From the NCBI GenBank assembly GCA_023336205.1, contig JALQCR010000035.1, positions 2,930 to 66,929 on the forward strand: a stretch of 64,000 nt of DNA. The letters run 5' to 3'. Positions 41,001-51,000 of this stretch are shown here, piece after piece. The DNA is from Pseudanabaena sp. Salubria-1 (GTDB taxonomy: Bacteria; Cyanobacteriota; Cyanobacteriia; Pseudanabaenales; Pseudanabaenaceae). Numbering within the stretch: position 1 is the first letter of the stretch; the number at the start of each line of letters is the position of its first letter. Both the position numbers and the translations under genes were made by a program. The notes under the pieces are model-generated. The model was given only the letters and a program-made list of their open reading frames with translations. It had not been told where the DNA came from and made no database searches.

Positions 41001-41672
41001 CGTTTGCGTCATGGTGATCGCGCTGTGACCGCTCAAGACTTTGCCGATCTCACCTATGAGGCATCCATTGATATTGCCCGTGTACAGGTGATTACCCCTG
41101 ACATGATGGCTCCCAACTTTAGCCCCCTCCTTGAGGAACTCTGGATTGATCCTCACCCTGACCCCAATCATCAGGCGATCGCGGGCAATGAGATCGATGT
41201 CTTCAAAAATGACCTCCATGCAGGATGGGTGCAAGTGATCGTCGTCCCCCATAGCACCGACGATCAACCCACTCCCAATCTCGCCCTCCTAAATCGCGTT
41301 ACCCAATTTCTCAAGGCTCGCCATGTCTCCACCCTGAAGATCCGAATTTCTGGTCCAAAATGGCAAGAAATTCGCGTTAACACCGAGATTGTTCCCCAGA
41401 GCGTCGCGAATGCGGGAACCGTGAAAGCCGATGTACTGAGAGCTCTCCAACAATTTTTCCATCCCTTGACAGGGGGACAGCAAGGCAGTGGTTGGCTATT
41501 TGGTCGTCGCCCTCACCATTCTGATGTCTACGCAGTCCTCGAAGCTGTTCCCGGAGTGCGCTACGTCCATGCCCTCGATATCCAACCTGCTGATGTGATC
41601 ATCGATCAGCAAACCTTAATCTATTCGGGAACCCACCAAATTGAGCTAAAACTACCTGAAATTAGTGCCTAA
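38058..41672 (+). CDS. Large baseplate J-like protein (Afp11-like)
   Basis: KLDQRSYEDIV; LNQVPNRNQLAF; IRFGDGQAGKIPP; RAVTAQDF; GWLFGR. Confidence 0.92.
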   Translation: MSLESPKLDQRSYEDIVQHSVKLAESYTDWRSPESKSSQSGDVGLALIRIFGHMMTVVQDRLNQVPNRNQLAFMNLIGTELIPPQPSRVPVTFNLAAGSPVEALVPAQTRIAAPPPEGDDEEVVFETERELLVTDTQLNSIFVIEDRDYYSDRYVAAVVDAAHEPFHIFYGDKPVAHDLYIHGKDLFDLPKLTTITVTFETNSPESAAQLAFRLRDWRTWDGKVWQPLTTVACACGDEAARSQQVQVTLSQLPKLKEVEVDGVSAKWLRVSLSPHHRQNLPELRSSLVTTHIDQTALPKECFFNTIKLDLSKDFYPFGTTPQYNDTFLMALDPSLIQPSMAIAVQAQLSQVPRYTDDLELLWEVGCGQQWQSIENTEDTEKFRWVSDTAPLRLVAGNVTGTFQFPANLPPLPMGEESYWLRARIVQGIYGSRGRTRQYVMYNDVTMLSTAIAIGQTEIVVDNIDALEIEDTIRLQSGLDPTRQEEAKIVAIRPATSVVVLNRPTRNAYTAGSRILSKFAITEQTSDTFEPPIMQSIALTYRCFMERTAKIKAYNDFIFADNDALELFLHRSAFAGERIVQLNDVSALAVGEIIRFMGQSVEQGQIELIDRDRQQLILVQPLAYDHLNASRVLRAFHPLTPQLNRDSSLYLGFNRPFPNRANTLYLQIQPPHPENVAPGVNQTNHLSHAQRLAWEYPSPKGWLSLTVSDETQGFLEKGLLQFVGPTDWMASPHFGQQRYWLRVRQQPLDWQSLPMVLFYLWQWAITFELYNLYSMMRYFARLVARAGDFPVPPRLCSVRTNTTWANQSITLNGEVLGSSNQEPHQVLKVSQFPILRGEVLTIEEGCLPSESEQQYLRQDFGDEAIAARYDETGRLETVWVRWQEVPDFHSSTANDRHYVIDRQLGQIRFGDGQAGKIPPRGRNNIRLNTYYTGGGIRGNQATQTIIELKTTIPYIAQVINWEASQGGSNQESLERLKVRSPKRLRHGDRAVTAQDFADLTYEASIDIARVQVITPDMMAPNFSPLLEELWIDPHPDPNHQAIAGNEIDVFKNDLHAGWVQVIVVPHSTDDQPTPNLALLNRVTQFLKARHVSTLKIRISGPKWQEIRVNTEIVPQSVANAGTVKADVLRALQQFFHPLTGGQQGSGWLFGRRPHHSDVYAVLEAVPGVRYVHALDIQPADVIIDQQTLIYSGTHQIELKLPEISA

Positions 41673-41675
41673 GCT

Positions 41676-42662
41676 ATGCCTATCCCTCTCTCTAATCTCG
41701 ATGATCGTACCTATGCTGACCTTGTGGAAGAGGCGATCGGGCGCATTCCCCTTGAAGCTCCCGAATGGACAGATTACAACCCTGCCGATACAGGTATTGT
41801 GCTCATTGAACTACTGGCTTGGCTGACCGAAATGGTTCTATACCGCCTTAACCAAATTCCCAACGCCAATCAAGCTGTTTTTCTTTCGCTGCTCAAGGGT
41901 AAACCTTGGACAATCCCCAGTGGACTCTCTACTACTGCCCAAGTGAACTTACTTCAGCGTGAGACCCAAAAGACCCTAGCCCAACTGCGCCAACCCTATC
42001 GGGCTGTTACTACCTCTGATTTTACGCAACTCATTCTTTATGACTGGCTCCAAACCAAAACTGCACCAAGGGAATTTGGGGCAAATGCGGAAATTGCCCG
42101 TGTTCATTGTCTTCCTGAACGAGATCTAGACAATGCCGATATCGATCAGGTCATCGAGGCTCACATTAGCCTTGTCGTTCTGCCCCGACATCCGCAAGAG
42201 GATACAACCCTGTTACGGCATACCCTCAAGCGGTTCCTCAACCAACGGCGCTTGATTACCACGCACCTACATATCGTTGAACCCCATTACGTTAATGTCA
42301 CATTGTCCGCCACGCTCTATCTAGAAGATAGTGCCAACTTCAGGATTGTGCAAGATCAAGTGGAACAGCGCATTCAAAATTTCTTTGCCGACCTCGATTC
42401 CCATGAATTTTGGGATGGACAAGGCTACCCCTTTGGTACTGACATCTACCTGTCGGAGCTGTACCAACTCCTTGATGGTATGGCTGGGGTTGACTATGTA
42501 GAAGATATAGAATTGACTGGTGTTGAAGGCGATCGCCAAAAATTCAATGAGCAAAATCAACTAATTGGGCTGTCAATTCGCGAACACGAATTAGTCAAGA
42601 TCCAGATTGGCAAAATTCAAACCTTGCAACGGTTCGGAACAACATGGAAACCAAACATCTAA
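41676..42662 (+). CDS. Second baseplate J-like protein
   Basis: LDDRTYADLVEEA; EWTDYNPADTGIVLIELLAWL; RAVTTSDF; GYPFG. Confidence 0.9.
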   Translation: MPIPLSNLDDRTYADLVEEAIGRIPLEAPEWTDYNPADTGIVLIELLAWLTEMVLYRLNQIPNANQAVFLSLLKGKPWTIPSGLSTTAQVNLLQRETQKTLAQLRQPYRAVTTSDFTQLILYDWLQTKTAPREFGANAEIARVHCLPERDLDNADIDQVIEAHISLVVLPRHPQEDTTLLRHTLKRFLNQRRLITTHLHIVEPHYVNVTLSATLYLEDSANFRIVQDQVEQRIQNFFADLDSHEFWDGQGYPFGTDIYLSELYQLLDGMAGVDYVEDIELTGVEGDRQKFNEQNQLIGLSIREHELVKIQIGKIQTLQRFGTTWKPNI

Positions 42663-44530
42663 GCAGTTATTTAGAATATCTCCCAGCCTATCTGCAAAGC
42701 GATCCATTTTTGGGTCGCTTTCTGCTCGCCTTTGAGCAGGGTTTGAGTGGGATGCCCTCCCTTGAGCCAGTTCCCTTTCGTCCCCATATTCTGACATCAG
42801 GTTCAGAATCCCCTGTCGGACTTGAAACTGTCATTTCACAAATCCATACCTATATTGATCCGCAGCAAACACCTGCTGACTTTTTGCCTTGGTTAGCGGA
42901 GTGGGTGGCGCTAAGTTTGCGAGAAGATTGGGATGATGCTGTAAAACGGCAGTTTATTAGCCAAATCGTGCCATTATATCGACTGCGGGGAACCCTTCTC
43001 GGACTCAAAAAAATGCTCACAATCTACCTAGAAAATTCTGGGTTGAGCTATCCTGAACGCACAATTTCCATCTTTGAGTTTCCTAATCAACCCCATTATT
43101 TTCAGGTGCAGTTAGCATTGCCTAGTAGTCAGGTGATTCAGCCCGATCGCTACTGGCGAGAATGTCGAGCGGCTCAAGCAATTATCAACGAAGAGAAGCC
43201 CGCCCACACCTTCTATGCCCTCCGTATTTTAACGCTAACGATGCAACTGACCCAAACTTGGGGTTGTTGTTATCCTTTTGCGATGTTTGAAGCCCCGTCA
43301 GGTCAGAAGGTACAGGTAGAAGTATCTGTTGCCCTTGATCCAGAACTGTTTGAACCAGCATTAGCGGAACAGATCTTAATCCGTATTCAGGGCAAAACCG
43401 AGGTATTAGAGCCGAACGGCAGTCAAATGGGGCCAGTGGTGAGGCAGACGGTCTTCTATGAAAAGTTGTTGGTGAATCCCAATGGTTATTTTGTGGCGTT
43501 GGCAAATCTCAGCGATCGCTACCTAAGTGGCACGATGACTGTCCAACTTAACTTCAATCTCAATCATCAACGCTTCTCTGTCGTTTTCTTAACTGCGCCC
43601 TTTAGGCTTGAGCCAAACCTCAGAATTTATCGACCTTGGCGACCTGTCGAGGAGATGTCTGGTAGCAGCCGACTCACCGATGATCCTCAGTCTACTCTGC
43701 GACTACAGAGTGAGCCACCTATAAGACTCCATCAGTACCAAACCCATTATATTGATGGCAATACGCACTTAGGAACGCGCCGAGGTCAGACTATGCGCCT
43801 TGTCCATGATGCGCGGCTTCGCATCTATAAACCCCGAACCCGATGGGATCAGATGCAGGGCAGTACCCGTCTAGGTTCCAGCCCAGATCAAACAATGCAA
43901 CTACCTACCGGTCCTGAAAGCTTGACACTTCAGGTGTATACCCGTCACGCCGAATATAAAATCGGCAATACGTTTCTGGGTTCAGCAATCGGTGATACCT
44001 TGCAGATTGTTCCTAATTCCCAATGGTTAGAAAGAATTTATCGCTTTCATCTCTTTGATCCACCCGATAAACGTCAAATTGAAATTGAAGCCTTAATTGA
44101 GCCAAGGTACTTTAGTCCAGAGGAGTTGCCCAAAATCATTCATCTTTTAGTAGTGCGAATGCAGTCCCAAACTGCTCCTTTCCCTCCCTTTACTCCTAAC
44201 TTGGAATTTTTAGAGCAAGGAATTCGCGCTACTCACCATATGCCCTATGAGCGTTTTCTCCAAAATATTCAAGGATTTTATCTGGTTCTTCAGAACCTGA
44301 ATAATCAGACTGTAACGGGGACAGTGACAATTCGGATTAATTTTAATCTCAATCAAAGACCGATTTCTTTGATCATTTTGGTCGAGAACTTTGAACTAAG
44401 TCCCAGGGTTCATGCCTTAGAAATTTGTCATCCCCAGAACGATGGCACGTTGGGTGGGAATACCATTCTTGGTCGAGTTACTCCCGCAATGCTCCGAGCG
44501 AATACCCAAGAGGATGACTGGATTGATTAA
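42644..44530 (+). CDS. Baseplate wedge / tail protein (P2 gpI-like N-terminus) with an extended repeat-containing C-terminus
   Basis: YLEYLPAYLQ; TPADFLPWLAEWV; LYRLRGT; EEKPAHTFY, followed by repeats. Confidence 0.85.
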   Translation: METKHLSSYLEYLPAYLQSDPFLGRFLLAFEQGLSGMPSLEPVPFRPHILTSGSESPVGLETVISQIHTYIDPQQTPADFLPWLAEWVALSLREDWDDAVKRQFISQIVPLYRLRGTLLGLKKMLTIYLENSGLSYPERTISIFEFPNQPHYFQVQLALPSSQVIQPDRYWRECRAAQAIINEEKPAHTFYALRILTLTMQLTQTWGCCYPFAMFEAPSGQKVQVEVSVALDPELFEPALAEQILIRIQGKTEVLEPNGSQMGPVVRQTVFYEKLLVNPNGYFVALANLSDRYLSGTMTVQLNFNLNHQRFSVVFLTAPFRLEPNLRIYRPWRPVEEMSGSSRLTDDPQSTLRLQSEPPIRLHQYQTHYIDGNTHLGTRRGQTMRLVHDARLRIYKPRTRWDQMQGSTRLGSSPDQTMQLPTGPESLTLQVYTRHAEYKIGNTFLGSAIGDTLQIVPNSQWLERIYRFHLFDPPDKRQIEIEALIEPRYFSPEELPKIIHLLVVRMQSQTAPFPPFTPNLEFLEQGIRATHHMPYERFLQNIQGFYLVLQNLNNQTVTGTVTIRINFNLNQRPISLIILVENFELSPRVHALEICHPQNDGTLGGNTILGRVTPAMLRANTQEDDWID

Positions 44531-44550
44531 TTGGAAGAGGTTCAACAGCT

Positions 44551-44979
44551 ATGGCTGACTTTATTTTAACAATGGGTGATTTAGCGATGTTTAATCCTGC
44601 CTTTGGGGCGGCGATCGTCACAGTGATACCAGGTAATTTAACGGGAACAGGCAAAATGATGATTAATAAAAAAATGGCTTGTATTGATGGGGATGAGAAA
44701 ACAGTTATGGTTCCCGGTTGTCCTTATATCACTGCCTCGCATCCTATCCCCGGAGTCGGTATGCTTAGTATTTCTTCCCTCGCACCAAACCAAAAAGCTG
44801 TCCGCACAAAATCGAATAATAAGCCAGTTTTACTAAAAGGAGGAACCTTTAATGCAAAGTTTCAAGTGCTTGTGCCAGCCCAACAGCCGACACCTGCGGG
44901 ACCAGTTCCTGATGCTACGCCGCAGTATTCGGGTACTGGTACTTTTATGACTACAAATATGCGTGTTAAAGGTACATAA
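44551..44979 (+). CDS. PAAR-like spike tip (Afp10/Pvc10-like)
   Basis: FNPAFGAAIV...ACIDGDEK.V.VPGCPY...PVLLKGGTF.AKFQV..PAQQP pattern. Confidence 0.75.
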   Translation: MADFILTMGDLAMFNPAFGAAIVTVIPGNLTGTGKMMINKKMACIDGDEKTVMVPGCPYITASHPIPGVGMLSISSLAPNQKAVRTKSNNKPVLLKGGTFNAKFQVLVPAQQPTPAGPVPDATPQYSGTGTFMTTNMRVKGT

Positions 44980-45091
44980 ATCGCAGATAATGAGTGCAAC
45001 ATCAAAGTTCTATTCGATCGGTTCTATTCGATCAATTTATGTATTGATTTGGTGTTGACCCGAACTTCAGTAAGTTAAGGACGAAATCATC

Positions 45092-48000
45092 ATGGGTAAT
45101 TCGCGACAAGGTCAACATCAAACAGTAAAAACAGCTTCTTCAACAAATACAGATAGTAAACAAGAGTCTACTATCTTATGTGAAGAGCCGCAGGAACTTT
45201 TGACTAATCAGGCTTTGGGGCGTGTTTTGCAAACTCAGAGGAAATTGCCGCAATCATCCTCTATACCTATGGACAGGATACAGAGGCAGAGTATTCATTC
45301 ATCTGGCTTTAGAGGTTTATCCCAAGAATTGACACGGAGCGGTTCTCAAGGTTTAGTAGTGCAGCCCAAGTTAAAGCTGACTAAGGCTGGCGATCGCCAT
45401 GAACATCAAGCAGATCGGGTAGCAGCCCAGGTTGTCAAACGGCTCAACACAGATCCCATCCGCAAAGCTGAGCCGATAGATAGTAAACGCATTATGTCGA
45501 AAGCAGTTGCTCCGACAGCACCCACTGGCACAGCCGTAACTCCACAGTTCGAGACTACACTTCAGCAACAAAGGGGACAAGGACAATCGATTCCAGAGGA
45601 TGTGCGTGAACCCCTTGAAGAAGCATTTCATGCTGATTTCAGACATGTGCGTATCCATACTAATGAAAAATCTCATCAGTTAAGCCACTCGATTCAGGCG
45701 ATCGCTTTTACCACAGGAACTGACATCTTTTTTAAGCAGGGTGCGTACCAGCCTCGCAGCCGTCAAGGTCAAGAACTCCTAGCCCATGAATTGACCCATG
45801 TGGTTCAGCAAAATTCTCAAAAAACTGCCATTCAACGGAAAGGAGCAGGGCAAATCCAGTTTAGTAATGAACCGTTTCCAGAAATTGCAACCTTTGTTCA
45901 GGATGTTACTCAAGAAATCCAATCATTTTCAGACACATGGCTAAATTCGCCTCCATCGGAAATCGAAATATTTCCTTGGTTTAAGCTCATTAAGCCAAGT
46001 ATCAAGTTGGAGCAAACAACAGATAATTGCAGTCTAGATCTTCAAGGGGAATTAAAACTGAATTTTGGGTCTGATTTTGGTACTATCCAGCCGAAGGGAG
46101 GCTTCAAAATCAATTACCAAAGCCAAACCCAAAAATGGGATTACAAGAGTGAAAATGTTGGTGTAGAGGTCACGGTTTCCGAGATTCTCCAGTTCAAGGC
46201 AAATAATATCCAATATGATCGTGCCAGCAAAGCTCTCAAAATCGAAAATGCAGATCTCACTATCCCTAAACTGAATAACGCTACAGCTAAAGTCACGGAT
46301 ACAAAAATCAATAGTGACGGACTGACTTGGAACAAAGCAACGCTCAATGCTGAAAATATTGCCTTAGGGGAATATGCGAACATCACCAAAGTTGCGGCAA
46401 CCGTTGATGGAAAATCAAAACCATACACAATTGCAATTGCAGAATTCGGCATCAAAATTCCGAAACTGAATAATATTGAAGCCACAGTCAATGCTGCGAC
46501 TATTGATCAAGATGGACTAGATTGGCAAACAGCAACCATTAGTGCCACTGAGATTTCCTTAGGCAGTTATGCCAAGATCTCTAATCCTACCGCGACCATT
46601 GGCGGACCAAAGGGTGGTTTTATCTCCAGTTTCACGGGTGGTTTTAACGTTAACTTGGGACAGCCAGATTTGCTTCAAATTAATGGTAGTGGCAACCTTT
46701 CTGTCACCTACCAAGGTCAGAAATGGGGATGTACACAGGAAGACGTTAAACTCGAAGGCACAATTGCTAATATCCTCAAATTGAATGCTTCGGGTATTCA
46801 GTACGATTTCGATAAAACAGAGTTCTCCATTGGCACAGCCAGTGTCACTATCCCTAAACTGAATAACGCTACAGCTAAAGTCACGGATACAAAAATCAAT
46901 AGTGACGGACTGACTTGGAACAAAGCAACGCTCAATGCTGAAAATATTGCCTTAGGGGAATATGCGAACATCACCAAAGTTGCGGCAACCGTTGATGGAA
47001 AATCAAAACCATACACAATTGCAATTGCAGAATTCGGCATCAAAATTCCGAAACTGAATAATATTGAAGCCACAGTCAATGCTGCGACTATTGATCAAGA
47101 TGGACTAGATTGGCAAACAGCAACCATTAGTGCCACTGAGATTTCCTTAGGCAGTTATGCCAAGATCTCTAATCCTACCGCGACCATTGGCGGACCAAAG
47201 GGTGGTTTTATCTCCAGTTTCACGGGTGGTTTTAACGTTAACTTGGGACAGCCAGATTTGCTTCAAATTAATGGTAGTGGCAACCTTTCTGTCACCTACC
47301 AAGGTCAGAAATGGGGATGTACACAGGAAGACGTTAAACTCGAAGGCACAATTGCTAATATCCTCAAATTGAATGCTTCGGGTATTCAGTACGATTTCGA
47401 TAAAACAGAGTTCTCCATTGGCACAGCCAGTGTCACTATCCCTAAACTGAATAACGCTACAGCTAAAGTCACGGATACAAAAATCAATAGTGACGGACTG
47501 ACTTGGAACAAAGCAACGCTCAATGCTGAAAATATTGCCTTAGGGGAATATGCGAACATCACCAAAGTTGCGGCAACCGTTGATGGAAAATCAAAACCAT
47601 ACACAATTGCAATTGCAGAATTCGGCATCAAAATTCCGAAACTGAATAATATTGAAGCCACAGTCAATGCTGCGACTATTGATCAAGATGGACTAGATTG
47701 GCAAACAGCAACCATTAGTGCCACTGAGATTTCCTTAGGCAGTTATGCCAAGATCTCTAATCCTACCGCGACCATTGGCGGACCAAAGGGTGGTTTTATC
47801 TCCAGTTTCACGGGTGGTTTTAACGTTAACTTGGGACAGCCAGATTTGCTTCAAATTAATGGTAGTGGCAACCTTTCTGTCACCTACCAAGGTCAGAAAT
47901 GGGGATGTACACAGGAAGACGTTAAACTCGAAGGCACAATTGCTAATATCCTCAAATTGAATGCTTCGGGTATTCAGTACGATTTCGATAAAACAGAGTT

Positions 48001-51000
48001 CTCCATTGGCACAGCCAGTGTCACTATCCCTAAACTGAATAACGCTACAGCTAAAGTCACGGATACAAAAATCAATAGTGACGGACTGACTTGGAACAAA
48101 GCAACGCTCAATGCTGAAAATATTGCCTTAGGGGAATATGCGAACATCACCAAAGTTGCGGCAACCGTTGATGGAAAATCAAAACCATACACAATTGCAA
48201 TTGCAGAATTCGGCATCAAAATTCCGAAACTGAATAATATTGAAGCCACAGTCAATGCTGCGACTATTGATCAAGATGGACTAGATTGGCAAACAGCAAC
48301 CATTAGTGCCACTGAGATTTCCTTAGGCAGTTATGCCAAGATCTCTAATCCTACCGCGACCATTGGCGGACCAAAGGGTGGTTTTATCTCCAGTTTCACG
48401 GGTGGTTTTAACGTTAACTTGGGACAGCCAGATTTGCTTCAAATTAATGGTAGTGGCAACCTTTCTGTCACCTACCAAGGTCAGAAATGGGGATGTACAC
48501 AGGAAGACGTTAAACTCGAAGGCACAATTGCTAATATCCTCAAATTGAATGCTTCGGGTATTCAGTACGATTTCGATAAAACAGAGTTCTCCATTGGCAC
48601 AGCCAGTGTCACTATCCCTAAACTGAATAACGCTACAGCTAAAGTCACGGATACAAAAATCAATAGTGACGGACTGACTTGGAACAAAGCAACGCTCAAT
48701 GCTGAAAATATTGCCTTAGGGGAATATGCGAACATCACCAAAGTTGCGGCAACCGTTGATGGAAAATCAAAACCATACACAATTGCAATTGCAGAATTCG
48801 GCATCAAAATTCCGAAACTGAATAATATTGAAGCCACAGTCAATGCTGCGACTATTGATCAAGATGGACTAGATTGGCAAACAGCAACCATTAGTGCCAC
48901 TGAGATTTCCTTAGGCAGTTATGCCAAGATCTCTAATCCTACCGCGACCATTGGCGGACCAAAGGGTGGTTTTATCTCCAGTTTCACGGGTGGTTTTAAC
49001 GTTAACTTGGGACAGCCAGATTTGCTTCAAATTAATGGTAGTGGCAACCTTTCTGTCACCTACCAAGGTCAGAAATGGGGATGTACACAGGAAGACGTTA
49101 AACTCGAAGGCACAATTGCTAATATCCTCAAATTGAATGCTTCGGGTATTCAGTACGATTTCGATAAAACAGAGTTCTCCATTGGCACAGCCAGTGTCAC
49201 TATCCCTAAACTGAATAACGCTACAGCTAAAGTCACGGATACAAAAATCAATAGTGACGGACTGACTTGGAACAAAGCAACGCTCAATGCTGAAAATATT
49301 GCCTTAGGGGAATATGCGAACATCACCAAAGTTGCGGCAACCGTTGATGGAAAATCAAAACCATACACAATTGCAATTGCAGAATTCGGCATCAAAATTC
49401 CGAAACTGAATAATATTGAAGCCACAGTCAATGCTGCGACTATTGATCAAGATGGACTAGATTGGCAAACAGCAACCATTAGTGCCACTGAGATTTCCTT
49501 AGGCAGTTATGCCAAGATCTCTAATCCTACCGCGACCATTGGCGGACCAAAGGGTGGTTTTATCTCCAGTTTCACGGGTGGTTTTAACGTTAACTTGGGA
49601 CAGCCAGATTTGCTTCAAATTAATGGTAGTGGCAACCTTTCTGTCACCTACCAAGGTCAGAAATGGGGATGTACACAGGAAGACGTTAAACTCGAAGGCA
49701 CAATTGCTAATATCCTCAAATTGAATGCTTCGGGTATTCAGTACGATTTCGATAAAACAGAGTTCTCCATTGGCACAGCCAGTGTCACTATCCCTAAACT
49801 GAATAACGCTACAGCTAAAGTCACGGATACAAAAATCAATAGTGACGGACTGACTTGGAACAAAGCAACGCTCAATGCTGAAAATATTGCCTTAGGGGAA
49901 TATGCGAACATCACCAAAGTTGCGGCAACCGTTGATGGAAAATCAAAACCATACACAATTGCAATTGCAGAATTCGGCATCAAAATTCCGAAACTGAATA
50001 ATATTGAAGCCACAGTCAATGCTGCGACTATTGATCAAGATGGACTAGATTGGCAAACAGCAACCATTAGTGCCACTGAGATTTCCTTAGGCAGTTATGC
50101 CAAGATCTCTAATCCTACCGCGACCATTGGTGGACCAAAGGGTGGTTTTATCTCCAGTTTCACGGGTGGTTTTAACGTTAACTTGGGACAGCCAGATTTG
50201 CTTCAAATTAATGGTAGTGGCAACCTTTCTGTCACCTACCAAGGTCAGAAATGGGGATGTACACAGGAAAACGTTAAACTCGAAGGCACAATTGCTAATA
50301 TCCTCAAATTGAATGCTTCGGGTATTGCTTATAACCACGACGAGAAAGAGTTCTCCATTGCCACTGCTAGTGTCTCTATCCCTAAACTGAATGATGCTAC
50401 TGCCGAGGTTAAGAATACAAAAATCAATAAGGATGGGCTTGATTGGGACACAGTAACAGTTAAAATAGAAAATGATATTTCTCTAGGAGATGTTTTATCA
50501 ATTAAACAGCCTGCTTTTACTGTTGAAGGAAAAGATAGTGGCTACAGTACGACAGCAAGTGGTGGTATAGGGTTACATTTTGGAGAATATCTGAATGCTG
50601 AAGGTAGCGGTAAGATCAAACTCGATCGCAGCAAAGGTAATGGCGAAGGAAAAATTCTAGTTGAACATGCAAATCTTACAGCTAAGGGAGGTATTAAACT
50701 TCCTGGAGAGTCTTTCCCTTGGCCAAATATCGATATCAACTATCCAATTGTACCTGGGGTCGAAGCGGGGATTGGACTATCAATTAAAGGTGGTATTGGG
50801 GCTAGTTTACAAGGTTCAATCGCCAAAGAAGCTTCAAAGGATTGGAATTTAGGTGTTAATCCAGAGATAAATGGATTTTTAGAAGTTGTTTTAAAGGCGA
50901 AGATTGCGGCAGGAAGTGCTTATTTTGCCGCAATTCAAGCATTTGTCGAGGGGGGCTGTAAAGCTAACTTTAGGGGCGGATTAGAACTTAATGGCTCATT

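Noticed and set aside
46257-50326. Long direct-repeat array as a CRISPR, and the repeated 71-aa and 93-aa alternative-frame ORFs as genes
   Set aside because: The units are 588 bp, contiguous, without spacers and in frame in one protein. The short ORFs are shadows of the repeat.
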